DNA of 64,000 nt from Planctomycetota bacterium (GTDB lineage: Bacteria > Planctomycetota > UBA1135 > UBA2386), in NCBI GenBank assembly GCA_036274315.1, contig DASUFY010000074.1:698-64697 (forward strand). The letters are read 5' to 3'. Below the pieces are notes generated by a model. The model searched no databases. It had not been told where the DNA came from and saw only the letters and a list, made by a program, of their open reading frames with translations. This document shows, one piece after another, positions 43,013 through 51,745 of the stretch; position 1 is the stretch's first letter; every line of letters starts with the position of its first letter. The position numbers and the translations under genes are program-made.

Positions 43013-44011
43013 TCACCGCGCGCGTGCTTCGATCACGTCGATCGGTCCCGGCGTGGTGTGGATCGCGTGGAGCTGCATGCCCGCGCCGCGCAGCAGTTCT
43101 CTGTATTGCGTCTCGGTGCGCTCCTTGCCGCCGATGGCCATCATGTTGAGGTCGAGCAGCTTGGCGAAGCTGGGATCGTTGCCGGGCGTGATGACCTTCT
43201 CGACGATCAGCAGACTGCCGCCGCCGGCCAACGCCGTGCGGCAGTTCGCGAGAATGCGTGCGCAGTCCGCGTCGTTCCAGTCGTGCAGGATGTGCCGCAT
43301 GACGATGCAGTCCGCTTCGCCGGCGACCCGCTCGAAGAAGTCGCCGCCGTGGATCTCGACGCGCCCGGTGAGGCCGGCCCGTTCGATCGGCTCGCGCGCG
43401 TTCTCGACCACGTGGGGCAGGTCGAAGATCTGTCCGCGCAGCCGAGGATGCGCCGCGAGGATCCCGCACAGCGTGGAACCGTTGCCGCCGCCGACGTCGA
43501 GCACGGTCGCAAAGCGCGAGAAGTCGAAGTGCTCGAGCATCAGGGCCGTCTCGCCGCCGTGGACCTCCTGCATGGCGCGGTCGAACAGGTGGGACTTCTG
43601 CAGGTCCTTGGCGATCCTGGCGAAGAAGTCGCGGCCGAAGCGCTTGTGCACGGCGCTCCCTCCGGTCTCGACGGCGTGGTAGATGTCGCACCAGGCTTCG
43701 AACAGGTCGTCGCCGACCATCAATGCGAAGTGCTTCATGGTCTGTGCATGGTCCGCGCGCAGGTACTGCGCCTTCTCGGTGAGGCCGAAGACGAACGGTT
43801 CGGTCTCCTCGAAGATGCCGACGCTGGCGAGCGCGCGCAGGATGCGGTGCAGGCTCTCGGCGTGCACGCCGGCGGTCCTGGCGATCTGGTCGACGTGCCG
43901 GGGTCCGTCCTTCAGCTGATCCGCGGCGCCGACCTTGGCCGCGCAGAACAGCGCCTTCGACAACCAGTAGCCGATGGCGGTCTGCATCATCTCCGTTCTG
44001 GGTTCGTCCAT
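43013..44011 (-). CDS. class I SAM-dependent O-methyltransferase (family 2, COMT-like, 332 aa)
   Basis: ORF 43013..44239 was trimmed to ATG 44011. It has an N-terminal dimerisation/wHTH region (VDQIARTAGVHAESLHRILRALASVGIF). SAM motif I is VLDVGGGNGS, and HILHDW is present. Confidence 0.9.
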   Translation of the reverse strand: MDEPRTEMMQTAIGYWLSKALFCAAKVGAADQLKDGPRHVDQIARTAGVHAESLHRILRALASVGIFEETEPFVFGLTEKAQYLRADHAQTMKHFALMVGDDLFEAWCDIYHAVETGGSAVHKRFGRDFFARIAKDLQKSHLFDRAMQEVHGGETALMLEHFDFSRFATVLDVGGGNGSTLCGILAAHPRLRGQIFDLPHVVENAREPIERAGLTGRVEIHGGDFFERVAGEADCIVMRHILHDWNDADCARILANCRTALAGGGSLLIVEKVITPGNDPSFAKLLDLNMMAIGGKERTETQYRELLRGAGMQLHAIHTTPGPIDVIEARAR

Positions 44012-44123
44012 CTCGTGCTCCTCGATGCCGGGCGGTGTCCGTGACTGGAAGGTGCTGGAGCATAGCGGCATGGTGTCGTGCACCGGCACGCAGCATGCCT
44101 CGCCGATCGGCGGGCCGGCTACC

Positions 44124-45335
44124 ATGCACGCTGTGCAACCCCTCCGCTCGTTGCTGGCCGCCCTCGGCGCGGTCGGGCTCCTGGCCGCGCAGGCTCCGAC
44201 GACCGTGACCACCGATGAACCCACCGGCTTCCTCGACAAGACGCTGACCGTCGGCGGCGAAGAACATCGCTACGTCGTCTACGTGCCGCCGGGCTACACG
44301 AAGACGAAGCCCTGGCCGCTGCTCGTGTTCTTGAACGGCATGGGCGAGTGCGGCACCGATGGCCGCAAGCACGTCGAGGTCGGACTCGGGCCGGCGATGG
44401 CCAAGGACCCGCAGCGCTGGCCGTTCGTGGTCGTGTTCCCGCAGAAGCCGGACCCGCTGTCGCAGTGGATCGACCACGAGGAGATGGTGATGGCGATGCT
44501 GGCGGCGACCGAGCAGGACTACGCGATCGACGGCAGGCGCCGCTTCCTCACGGGGCTGTCGCAGGGCGGGGCGGGCACCTGGGCGCTCGGTGCGAAGCAC
44601 GAGGACGTGTGGGCCGCGATCGCGCCCGTGTGCGGCTACGGCAAGCCGGCCGAGGTGGCGGCGGCCCTGAAGCACATGCCGATCTGGGCCTTCCACGGTC
44701 TCGACGACAAGACGGTGCCGGCGCGGCAGTCGAAGGACCTCGTCGCCGCGGTCGAGGCGGCGGGTGGCACGCCGCTGCTGACGCTCTACGAGAACACCGC
44801 GCACAACTCGTGGGACCGGGCCTACCGCGAGTCGGGGTTGGCGGAGTGGCTGTGTATGGTCGCCGACGAGCCGGTCGCGGCGCGATACTTCGCCGACCCG
44901 AGGTCGCTCGCGACGGTGCGCATCGAGATCCGCCGGCACTCGGCACCCGCCGGCAAGGAGCCCGCCACGCGGACCGCGTGCATCGAGGCCGAGGACAAGC
45001 GCGTGTCGCTGTCGTGCAGCGGTGGGTCCGAGCACTCGTCGGAACCGTCCGCGGTGGGCCAGGCCTTGCCAGCGGAGTCCTGGCATGACGCCGCCGCGGC
45101 GCAGCGGTTCGTCTACGAGCCCCTGCGGGATCTGCAGCGCAGCGGCGTGTTCCGGCGGGGAGCGCAGCCCACGGCCGAACCAGCGGCGCTCGGAGACGAC
45201 CTCGAGGTCGTACTGACTGGTCTGTCCGGAGCGTGGCGTTTTCGCACGCATGTGCCGTCGACGGACGCGGCCGTGGATCGGGCGCGGGCCGCGCTCGGTC
45301 GCGTCTTCGATCTCGCCGTGTCCGAAGTCCGCTGA
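44124..45335 (+). CDS. secreted alpha/beta-fold esterase (PHB-depolymerase/carboxylesterase-like) with a roughly 160-aa C-terminal extension (403 aa)
   Basis: ORF 43974..45335 was trimmed to ATG 44124. The signal is LLAALGAVGLLAAQA. Motifs are PLLVFLNGMGECG, the elbow GLSQGGAG, and FHGLDDKTVP...AHNSW (the Asp/His region). Confidence 0.8.
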   Translation: MHAVQPLRSLLAALGAVGLLAAQAPTTVTTDEPTGFLDKTLTVGGEEHRYVVYVPPGYTKTKPWPLLVFLNGMGECGTDGRKHVEVGLGPAMAKDPQRWPFVVVFPQKPDPLSQWIDHEEMVMAMLAATEQDYAIDGRRRFLTGLSQGGAGTWALGAKHEDVWAAIAPVCGYGKPAEVAAALKHMPIWAFHGLDDKTVPARQSKDLVAAVEAAGGTPLLTLYENTAHNSWDRAYRESGLAEWLCMVADEPVAARYFADPRSLATVRIEIRRHSAPAGKEPATRTACIEAEDKRVSLSCSGGSEHSSEPSAVGQALPAESWHDAAAAQRFVYEPLRDLQRSGVFRRGAQPTAEPAALGDDLEVVLTGLSGAWRFRTHVPSTDAAVDRARAALGRVFDLAVSEVR

Positions 45336-45352
45336 CCCCGCACGCGTTGCCC

Positions 45353-45664
45353 ATGCTGCATGATCCTGCGGTCGCCGGGTTCGTCGCGAGCCTGACGCAG
45401 CCGGCACCGCCCGCCGGTGCGAGCCCGGCGCTGCGTGGCGTCTGGCACGCGCTGCGCGGCGAATGGGATGCGGCCCACGACGCCGTGCAGCCGGATGCGC
45501 CGGAGTGCGCGTGGGTGCACGCGGCGCTGCACCGCGAAGAGGGGGACATGGAGAACGCCGGCTACTGGTACCGGCTGGCGCGTCAGGCGGTCGCGTGCGG
45601 TCCGCATCGCGACGAGTACCTGGCGATCGCGCAGGTGCTGCTCGCCCGCAGCGACGATGGGTAG
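45353..45664 (+). CDS. small conserved hypothetical protein (103 aa)
   Basis: ORF 45233..45664 was trimmed to ATG 45353. WVHAALHREEGDMENAGYWYRLA is a motif I recall from small uncharacterised proteobacterial proteins. No function is known. Confidence 0.55.
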   Translation: MLHDPAVAGFVASLTQPAPPAGASPALRGVWHALRGEWDAAHDAVQPDAPECAWVHAALHREEGDMENAGYWYRLARQAVACGPHRDEYLAIAQVLLARSDDG

Positions 45665-45728
45665 CGATCTGACGGAGGAACCATCGCGTGCCGGAGCATG
45701 CCACCCACGTCGGCGGCAACACAGCGCA

Positions 45729-46913
45729 CTACCCGCACCCGATCACGCGCCGGGTGTGGCGGGCGATCATCAGCTCCTCGTTCGTCGCGATGACGTAGGC
45801 GCGGGCGCGGCTCGCCGCCGTGGTGATGCACGGCCCGCCCGCCGCGTTGGCAGCGGGGTCGAGTTCGACACCGAGCCACGCGGCGTCGCGGCACACGCGT
45901 TCGCGGATCGCCGCCGCGTGCTGCCCGATGCCGCCCGTGAATACCAGGGCGTCGAGACCGCCGAGCGCCGCCGCGAGCGAACCGAGTTCGCGCCCGATGC
46001 GATAGACGAACAGGTCGACGGCCAGGCGCGCACCGGGCTCCTTGCTCGCGAGCAGCGCGCGCATGTCGCTCGAGATCCCCGACACGCCGAGCAGTCCCGA
46101 CTGCTTGTAGATCAGCGTCTCGATCGCGCGCGCGTCCATCTGCAGCTCGTCCATGAGGTAGAGCATCACGCCGGGATCGAGCGAGCCCGAACGCGTGCCC
46201 ATCGGCAGGCCCTCGACCGCGGAGAAGCCCATGGTGCTCGCCACGCTCCTGCCGGCGGCGATCGCGCACATGCTGGCGCCGTTGCCGAGGTGTGCAGCCA
46301 CGACGCGGCCGGCCGCCGCCTTCGCATCCACGGCCGGCAACGCGCCCGTGAGGAACTCGTAGGACAGGCCGTGGAAGCCGTAGCGCCGCACACCGCGATC
46401 GGTGATCGAGCGCGGCAGCGCGAAGGCCCTGGCGAGATCCGGCAGCGTGTGATGGAACGCCGTGTCGAAGCACGCCACCTGCGGCACCGGCGGGCGGCGT
46501 GCCATGAGGATGCGGATCGGCGCCAGGTTGTGGGGTTGGTGCAGCGGCGCCAGTGGAACGTACTGGGCCAGCGTCTCCAGCACGTGTGCGTCGACACGCG
46601 TGGGCCCCGAGAAGTCCGGTCCCCCGTGCACGACGCGGTGGCCGACCGCGACCAGCGTGTGGTCGCCGCGGTGACCGCGCAGGAAGTCGGTCAGGAACGC
46701 GATCGCGCCGTCGTGGCCGAGGCGCGTGCCCTGGCCCCACTCGTGCGCGCCGATGCTCGTGCCCGCGTCATCCTCGGCCGTGAACACCGGCGCCGTGTAG
46801 AGCCCTTCGATCTGGCCGCACAGCAAGAGCTCGGGCTCCGCGGCGCGGTCAGCATAGGCCGAGAACTTGATGCTCGAGGAGCCGGCGTTCAGGACGAGCA
46901 GCAGGTCGGCCAT
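45729..46913 (-). CDS. ackA: acetate kinase
   Basis: 394 aa carrying the full signature set: LVLNAGSSSIKF, GHRVVHGG, CFDTAFH, YGFHGLSY, HLGNGASMCA, MGTRSGSLDPG and VFTGGIG. Confidence 0.95.
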   Translation of the reverse strand: MADLLLVLNAGSSSIKFSAYADRAAEPELLLCGQIEGLYTAPVFTAEDDAGTSIGAHEWGQGTRLGHDGAIAFLTDFLRGHRGDHTLVAVGHRVVHGGPDFSGPTRVDAHVLETLAQYVPLAPLHQPHNLAPIRILMARRPPVPQVACFDTAFHHTLPDLARAFALPRSITDRGVRRYGFHGLSYEFLTGALPAVDAKAAAGRVVAAHLGNGASMCAIAAGRSVASTMGFSAVEGLPMGTRSGSLDPGVMLYLMDELQMDARAIETLIYKQSGLLGVSGISSDMRALLASKEPGARLAVDLFVYRIGRELGSLAAALGGLDALVFTGGIGQHAAAIRERVCRDAAWLGVELDPAANAAGGPCITTAASRARAYVIATNEELMIARHTRRVIGCG

Positions 46914-47019
46914 GGCTTCACCCCAGTGTCCTGCCAGCGCCCTCCCGGCGGGCCTTGGCGACGAGCGCGGGCGGAGGGGCCTCGCAGCGCGCCTGCAGGC
47001 CTCGCGGAGCCGACATGCT

Positions 47020-47811
47020 TCAGAAGTGCGAGAAGGTCAGCATGACCATCAGCCCGTCGACCTGCAGGTCGCCGAGGTTGTTGTCCACGTCGATCTCTGC
47101 CTGCGACCAACGCACGCCCAGGCCGACGAACGAACCGCGGCCGACGACGAACTCGAGTCCGGTGCGCGCGTAGTAGCCCAGTCCGAAGCCGCTGCCGTCG
47201 CCGTTGCCGCGCTCGTCGTAGGTGGCCCACTGCATCAGCGGCCCGGCCGAGACGTAGACGCGTGCGCCCGAACCGAGGAACGCGCTCGCAAACGGGCCGC
47301 CATAGAGATCGAACAGGAAGAGGTCGGTGTCGACCGCGACCGCGGCGCCACCGCCGCCGACTGCGATCGCCGTGGAACTGGCGCGCCAGTTGAACCCGAG
47401 GAACGCCTCGAGGCCCAGGTCGATTCCGTCGCCGCCGAGCTTGAGCTGCGCACCGCCGCCGAGCGAGGGGATCGTCACGTCGTCCGAGGTGACCGTGACC
47501 GGGCCGCGTTTGGCCTCGATGTTGTCGTAGACCGTGGCGCCGAAGTAGCCGCTCAGCAACGCGCCGCCATTGCGCCAGGTCGGCCGGCGCCCCGCCGGGG
47601 GCCCCTGCGGCGTCGTGACGTCCGATTCCTCCGAGCCGACGAACGCGGTTGCGGCCGGCACGGGCGGCACGGCCGGTGCCTCGTCCGCTGGCGAAGAGGG
47701 CGAGGTGGCGCGCGGCAGCCCAGGCGACAGCGGTGCGGCGTTTCGGCCCGGCGAGGCGCAGGCTGCCAGCACGAGAGCGGTTGCTAGAGAACACGTGTAC
47801 GTCTTGTTCAT
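47020..47811 (-). CDS. outer-membrane beta-barrel lipoprotein (263 aa)
   Basis: ORF 47020..48291 was trimmed to ATG 47811. The lipobox-like signal is LATALVLAACAS. A Pro/Ala-rich linker follows, then Gly-rich alternating strands. The C-terminus VMLTFSHF ends in Phe. Confidence 0.75.
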   Translation of the reverse strand: MNKTYTCSLATALVLAACASPGRNAAPLSPGLPRATSPSSPADEAPAVPPVPAATAFVGSEESDVTTPQGPPAGRRPTWRNGGALLSGYFGATVYDNIEAKRGPVTVTSDDVTIPSLGGGAQLKLGGDGIDLGLEAFLGFNWRASSTAIAVGGGGAAVAVDTDLFLFDLYGGPFASAFLGSGARVYVSAGPLMQWATYDERGNGDGSGFGLGYYARTGLEFVVGRGSFVGLGVRWSQAEIDVDNNLGDLQVDGLMVMLTFSHF

Positions 47812-47909
47812 GGGGTCCCGCGGCATTCTGGCCTGGGCCTGCCGCAGAATCATCTGACTTCGGGCGCGCCGCGGGCGAACCGCAGGGCGACGCCGTCTGG
47901 AGTCGCGGG

Positions 47910-48764
47910 CTACACGCCGGTGCGGCGCCGGCGTTCGAGGCCCACGACGAACACGGTGACCACGAGCGTCGCGCCCAGTGCGTAGCCGAACACCGCCGCC
48001 GTCACGCTCGCCGGCGTGCGGTTGACCGCCGCGATGAGCAGGGCGAGCCCCGGATTGCGCATCGCGACCGCGACCGCCGCGGTCGGTCTCGCCGCGGCAT
48101 CGCGGCCGGCGAACAGCGCCCCGGTCGCCAGCGCCGCGGTGGTCAGCACGACGCCGGCTGCGGGCGGCACCCAGCCGTTCTCGCGCAGCAGCGGCCACAA
48201 CACGACGAGGCACGCGACCACGAGCGCGAGCAGCAGCACGTTGGCGACGCGAGCCAGACGGGGCTGCAGGCGCTGCGCCGAGCCGGGCCACAGGCAGCGA
48301 CAGGTTGCTCCCAGGGCGAGCGGCAGCAGCTGCGCGAAGAACAACTGGCGGGCGACCTGCAGCGGCGTGACCGTGAACTCCTTGTCGAAGATCACGTCGA
48401 GCACCAGGACGCTGAGCGGCAGCGTGACCACGGCGAGCAGCACGATCGCGAGGTGGAGTGCCGGCGCGAACTTCGCGGTGCCGCCGACTTCGATCGCGCG
48501 CCGCAGCGCCACCGGCGCACCGGGTGCGATCGCCATGAGCACGATGCCGGCGGCGGCGGGTCCACGCAGGCCCAGAGCGAACACGTACAGCACCGCGAGC
48601 ACGGGCAGCGGCACGGCCACCGCGAATGCGATCGCGACGAGCAACAGGCGGCGCTGCATGCCAGCCGCGAACGACTCGCGGCCGAGCAGCAGCCCGAGCG
48701 ACAGCATCACCACGAAGACGGTGACCGTGGCAGCCAACGTCAGCCAGGCGGGCAGTGCGTTCAC
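47910..48764 (-). CDS. bile acid:sodium symporter (BASS/SBF-like) family transporter (284 aa)
   Basis: Polytopic membrane protein with family-like blocks LMAIAPGAPV and AVAMRNPGLALLIA. Confidence 0.8.
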   Translation of the reverse strand: MNALPAWLTLAATVTVFVVMLSLGLLLGRESFAAGMQRRLLLVAIAFAVAVPLPVLAVLYVFALGLRGPAAAGIVLMAIAPGAPVALRRAIEVGGTAKFAPALHLAIVLLAVVTLPLSVLVLDVIFDKEFTVTPLQVARQLFFAQLLPLALGATCRCLWPGSAQRLQPRLARVANVLLLALVVACLVVLWPLLRENGWVPPAAGVVLTTAALATGALFAGRDAAARPTAAVAVAMRNPGLALLIAAVNRTPASVTAAVFGYALGATLVVTVFVVGLERRRRTGV

Positions 48765-48821
48765 GCGTGTCGGTCGGCGTCTCGGGCCATGATCATCGTG
48801 CGAACGTGTGCCGCGCCGCGG

Positions 48822-49913
48822 TCACGGCGCCGCCGCGACGGGCGCGGCGTCGTTCGTCGGTTCGCCCTCGCCGATCCACGTCAGCAGCAGGGCGTGGCCG
48901 ACCGCCAGCACGACCGGCCCGACGAACAGACCGATGGGCCCGTAGGCGACCAGGCCGCCGATCACGCCGGCGAAGATCAGCATCAGGGGCAGCTCGACGC
49001 CCTTGCGGATCAGCAGCGGCCGGATGACGTTGTCGATGCTGCCGACGAAGACGGCCCAGACGAGCAGCGCGATGCCCCAACCGGTGGCGTCGGTACAGAA
49101 CAGCCAGATGGCTGCCAACACGAGCACGGGCGCCGCACCGATCTGCGCGATCGACGCCACGAACATCAGTGCGGTCAGCATGCCGACTGCCGGCACCCCG
49201 GCGATCAGCAGGCCGAACCCGCCCGCGATGGACTGCACGAGGGCCGTGACGACGACGCCGATGGCGACCGCGCGCACGCTCTTGGCCGCGAGCACGGCGG
49301 CGCGCTCGCCGCGTTCGCCGGCGAGCCGGCGCGCGAACTGCAGCACCTGGGCCGCGAATGCTTCGCCCCGCGCGAAGAACACGCCGGTGAGCAGCAGCGT
49401 CAGCAGGAACTGCAGCACCAGCAGGCCGACGCCGCCGGCCTGTCGCACGAACCATGCCGCCAGGATCTCGGCGTAGGGTGTGATGTGCGCCGTCAGCCCG
49501 TCCGGACCCGCGGCCGCGAGTTCGGACCATTTGGTCGCGATCCTCTTGCCGACGCCGGGGATCTCGGCGACCCACGCGGGCATCGCGGGCAGCCCCTGCT
49601 GCAGCGTCTGCCGCACCCAGGCCACGGCGTCGGGAGCCTGTTCGATCAGCACACCGAGCATGAGCACGAACGGGATGATGAACACGAGCAGCACGAGCCC
49701 GATCATCACGGCGATCGCGGTGCGGCGGCGGTTGCCGAGCCACGCTTCGATGCGGTGCATCGCCGGCCAGCTCGCGATCACGAGCAGCGCCGCCCAGACC
49801 AGCGGCGCCAGGAACGGCCGCAGCACCCACAGGCTGGACGCGATCAAGGCACCCAGGAACAGCACGGCGAGGACGGTGCGCGGCAGATCGTTCGGCGAGG
49901 CGGCTTTGATCAT
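48822..49913 (-). CDS. AI-2E family transporter (PerM/UPF0118, 363 aa)
   Basis: ORF 48822..50000 was trimmed to ATG 49913. The family pattern is LRPFLAPLVWAALLVIASWP ... VFVGSIDNVIRPLLIRKGVELPLMLIFAGVIGGL. Confidence 0.9.
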   Translation of the reverse strand: MIKAASPNDLPRTVLAVLFLGALIASSLWVLRPFLAPLVWAALLVIASWPAMHRIEAWLGNRRRTAIAVMIGLVLLVFIIPFVLMLGVLIEQAPDAVAWVRQTLQQGLPAMPAWVAEIPGVGKRIATKWSELAAAGPDGLTAHITPYAEILAAWFVRQAGGVGLLVLQFLLTLLLTGVFFARGEAFAAQVLQFARRLAGERGERAAVLAAKSVRAVAIGVVVTALVQSIAGGFGLLIAGVPAVGMLTALMFVASIAQIGAAPVLVLAAIWLFCTDATGWGIALLVWAVFVGSIDNVIRPLLIRKGVELPLMLIFAGVIGGLVAYGPIGLFVGPVVLAVGHALLLTWIGEGEPTNDAAPVAAAP

Positions 49914-49996
49914 GGCGCCGCCGATCGTAGCCAGGCCCGACGTCGAACTCGCCAGGAAGGTCGGCGCCGGTGTCGTCGGGCGCGTGGAGCAGCCGG

Positions 49997-51739
49997 TCAC
50001 CGACCGGTGGCGCCGCCGGTGAACGCGCTGACGGCCTCGGCCAGCGATGCGCGGCGGCTGATCGGCCCCATGCGCGCTTCGAGACCCTCGCGACGCAGCA
50101 TGTCGCGCACCCTCGCGCGCGCCTCGACGACCTGGAACTGGATGTTCTTCGCGGCGAGTTCGCCGTGCAGGTCGGCGAGCATCTCGGCGCCCGCCATGTC
50201 GACGTGCGGCGACGTCGACAGGTCGCAGACGACGAGCCGCGGCGGCGCCGTGCCGGCGTGCAGCCGCGCCGAGACCGCCTCGTGCACCGACTCGACGTTG
50301 AAGTAGAGCAGCGACGCCTCGACGCGGAACAGCAGCATGCCGGGCACGACCTCGTTGTCGGGATGGAAGGCGAGATCGGAGAAGCGCTGCATGCCGGGGA
50401 TGCGGCCGAGGAAGGCGACGTGCGGCCGCGCCGCGCGGCGCAACAACAGCACGAGCGAGATGACCGCGCCGATCATGATGCCGCGCAGGATGCCGGAGCC
50501 GAGCACGCCGAGCACCGCGGCCAAGGCGATCAGGAACTCGCCGCGATGCGCCCGCCAGAGCCGCTTCAGCGCGTCGACCTTGATGAGGCTCGTGACCGCC
50601 ATGAGGATGATCGCAGCGAGCACGGGTTGCGGCAGATCGGCCAACAGGCCCGAGAACCAGAGCCCCACCGCCAGCATCAGCACCGCGGCGACGAGACCCG
50701 ACAGCGGCGTGCGTGCACCGCCGCTCTCGTTGACGAGCGACTGCGACATGCCGCCGCTGACCGGCAGGCCGCCGCCGAGACCCGCGGCGAGGTTGGCGGC
50801 GCCGATGGCGAGGAACTCACGGTCGGAATCGAGCCGGTAGCCGTGCTTCTTCGCGAACATGCGGCCGATCGCCGCGGTCTCGACGGCCGCCAGCAGGAAG
50901 CACGCGAACGCCAACGGCAGCAGATCGTTGAGGTCCTGCCAGCCGATCGCCGGCAGCTGCAGCGGCGGCAGGCCCTGCGGCACGCTGCCGATGGTCTTGA
51001 CGCCACTCTGGCCGAGGTCGAACAGCCGGGAGCCGAGCACGCCGCCGACCACGACGACGATCGCCACTGGCTTGCCGGGCAGCCAGCGCTTGCCGGCCAA
51101 CAGCACCGCCAGCGACGCGAGGCCGATCGTGAGCGCCACGGTGTTGGTCTCCGCCGCGTGCGCGGCGAAGTGGTGCATGCGTGCCCAGAAGCTGCCGCCG
51201 TGGGCGCCGCCGAAGCCGAACAGCTTCGGCAGCTGCGTGCTGGCCAGCACGAGCGCGATGCCGGCCTTGAAGCCGATCATCACCGTCTCCGAGATGAAGT
51301 GCACGACGCTGCCGGCCCTGACGAGCCAGGCGATCACGCCGAGCAGTCCGACCAGCAGCGCGGTGCCGGCCGCGAGCGCACCGAACCGTGTGGCGTCGCC
51401 GCCCGCCAGTTGGCCCAACGACGAGCCGAGCAGCAGCGAGATGGCGGAGGTGACGGTGATCGTGGTCTGGCGCGAGCTGCAGAACAGCCAGAACAGGAAG
51501 CCGGCGCACGTGCAGGCGTAGATGCCCGCCTCGGCGGGCAGGTTGGCCAGCGATGCGTCGCCGATCGCGGCGGGCAGCAGGTAGGCCGTGAGCGTGACGC
51601 CGGCGACGAGGTCGGCGCGCAGCCAGGCCGGCTGGTAACCGCGCAGCCACTCGGTTGCGCCCAGGAACCGGCGCGCCGGCGACCGTTCGTGCGGCGGGTC
51701 GGGCTCGCCCGCGCTGGCCGGTGCGTCAGGCGGCTGCAT
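49997..51739 (-). CDS. SulP-family anion permease with a C-terminal STAS domain (580 aa)
   Basis: Motifs are DLVAGVTLTAYLLPAAIGDASLA, ETVMIGFKAGIAL and NLAAGLGGGLPVSGGMSQSLVN. The STAS-like tail is MLLFRVEASLLYFNVESV...VVCDLSTSPHVDMAGAEML. The ATG lies 6 nt after the decarboxylase stop. Confidence 0.95.
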   Translation of the reverse strand: MQPPDAPASAGEPDPPHERSPARRFLGATEWLRGYQPAWLRADLVAGVTLTAYLLPAAIGDASLANLPAEAGIYACTCAGFLFWLFCSSRQTTITVTSAISLLLGSSLGQLAGGDATRFGALAAGTALLVGLLGVIAWLVRAGSVVHFISETVMIGFKAGIALVLASTQLPKLFGFGGAHGGSFWARMHHFAAHAAETNTVALTIGLASLAVLLAGKRWLPGKPVAIVVVVGGVLGSRLFDLGQSGVKTIGSVPQGLPPLQLPAIGWQDLNDLLPLAFACFLLAAVETAAIGRMFAKKHGYRLDSDREFLAIGAANLAAGLGGGLPVSGGMSQSLVNESGGARTPLSGLVAAVLMLAVGLWFSGLLADLPQPVLAAIILMAVTSLIKVDALKRLWRAHRGEFLIALAAVLGVLGSGILRGIMIGAVISLVLLLRRAARPHVAFLGRIPGMQRFSDLAFHPDNEVVPGMLLFRVEASLLYFNVESVHEAVSARLHAGTAPPRLVVCDLSTSPHVDMAGAEMLADLHGELAAKNIQFQVVEARARVRDMLRREGLEARMGPISRRASLAEAVSAFTGGATGR

Positions 51740-51745
51740 GGCGAC

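Noticed and set aside
38542-45335. Reading the run of acyltransferase, two methyltransferases and two hydrolases as a secondary-metabolite cluster.
   Set aside because: No core biosynthetic enzyme (PKS, NRPS, terpene synthase, RiPP precursor or maturase) is present. The genes are on mixed strands with separate signal peptides, so this is more likely unrelated accessory enzymes.
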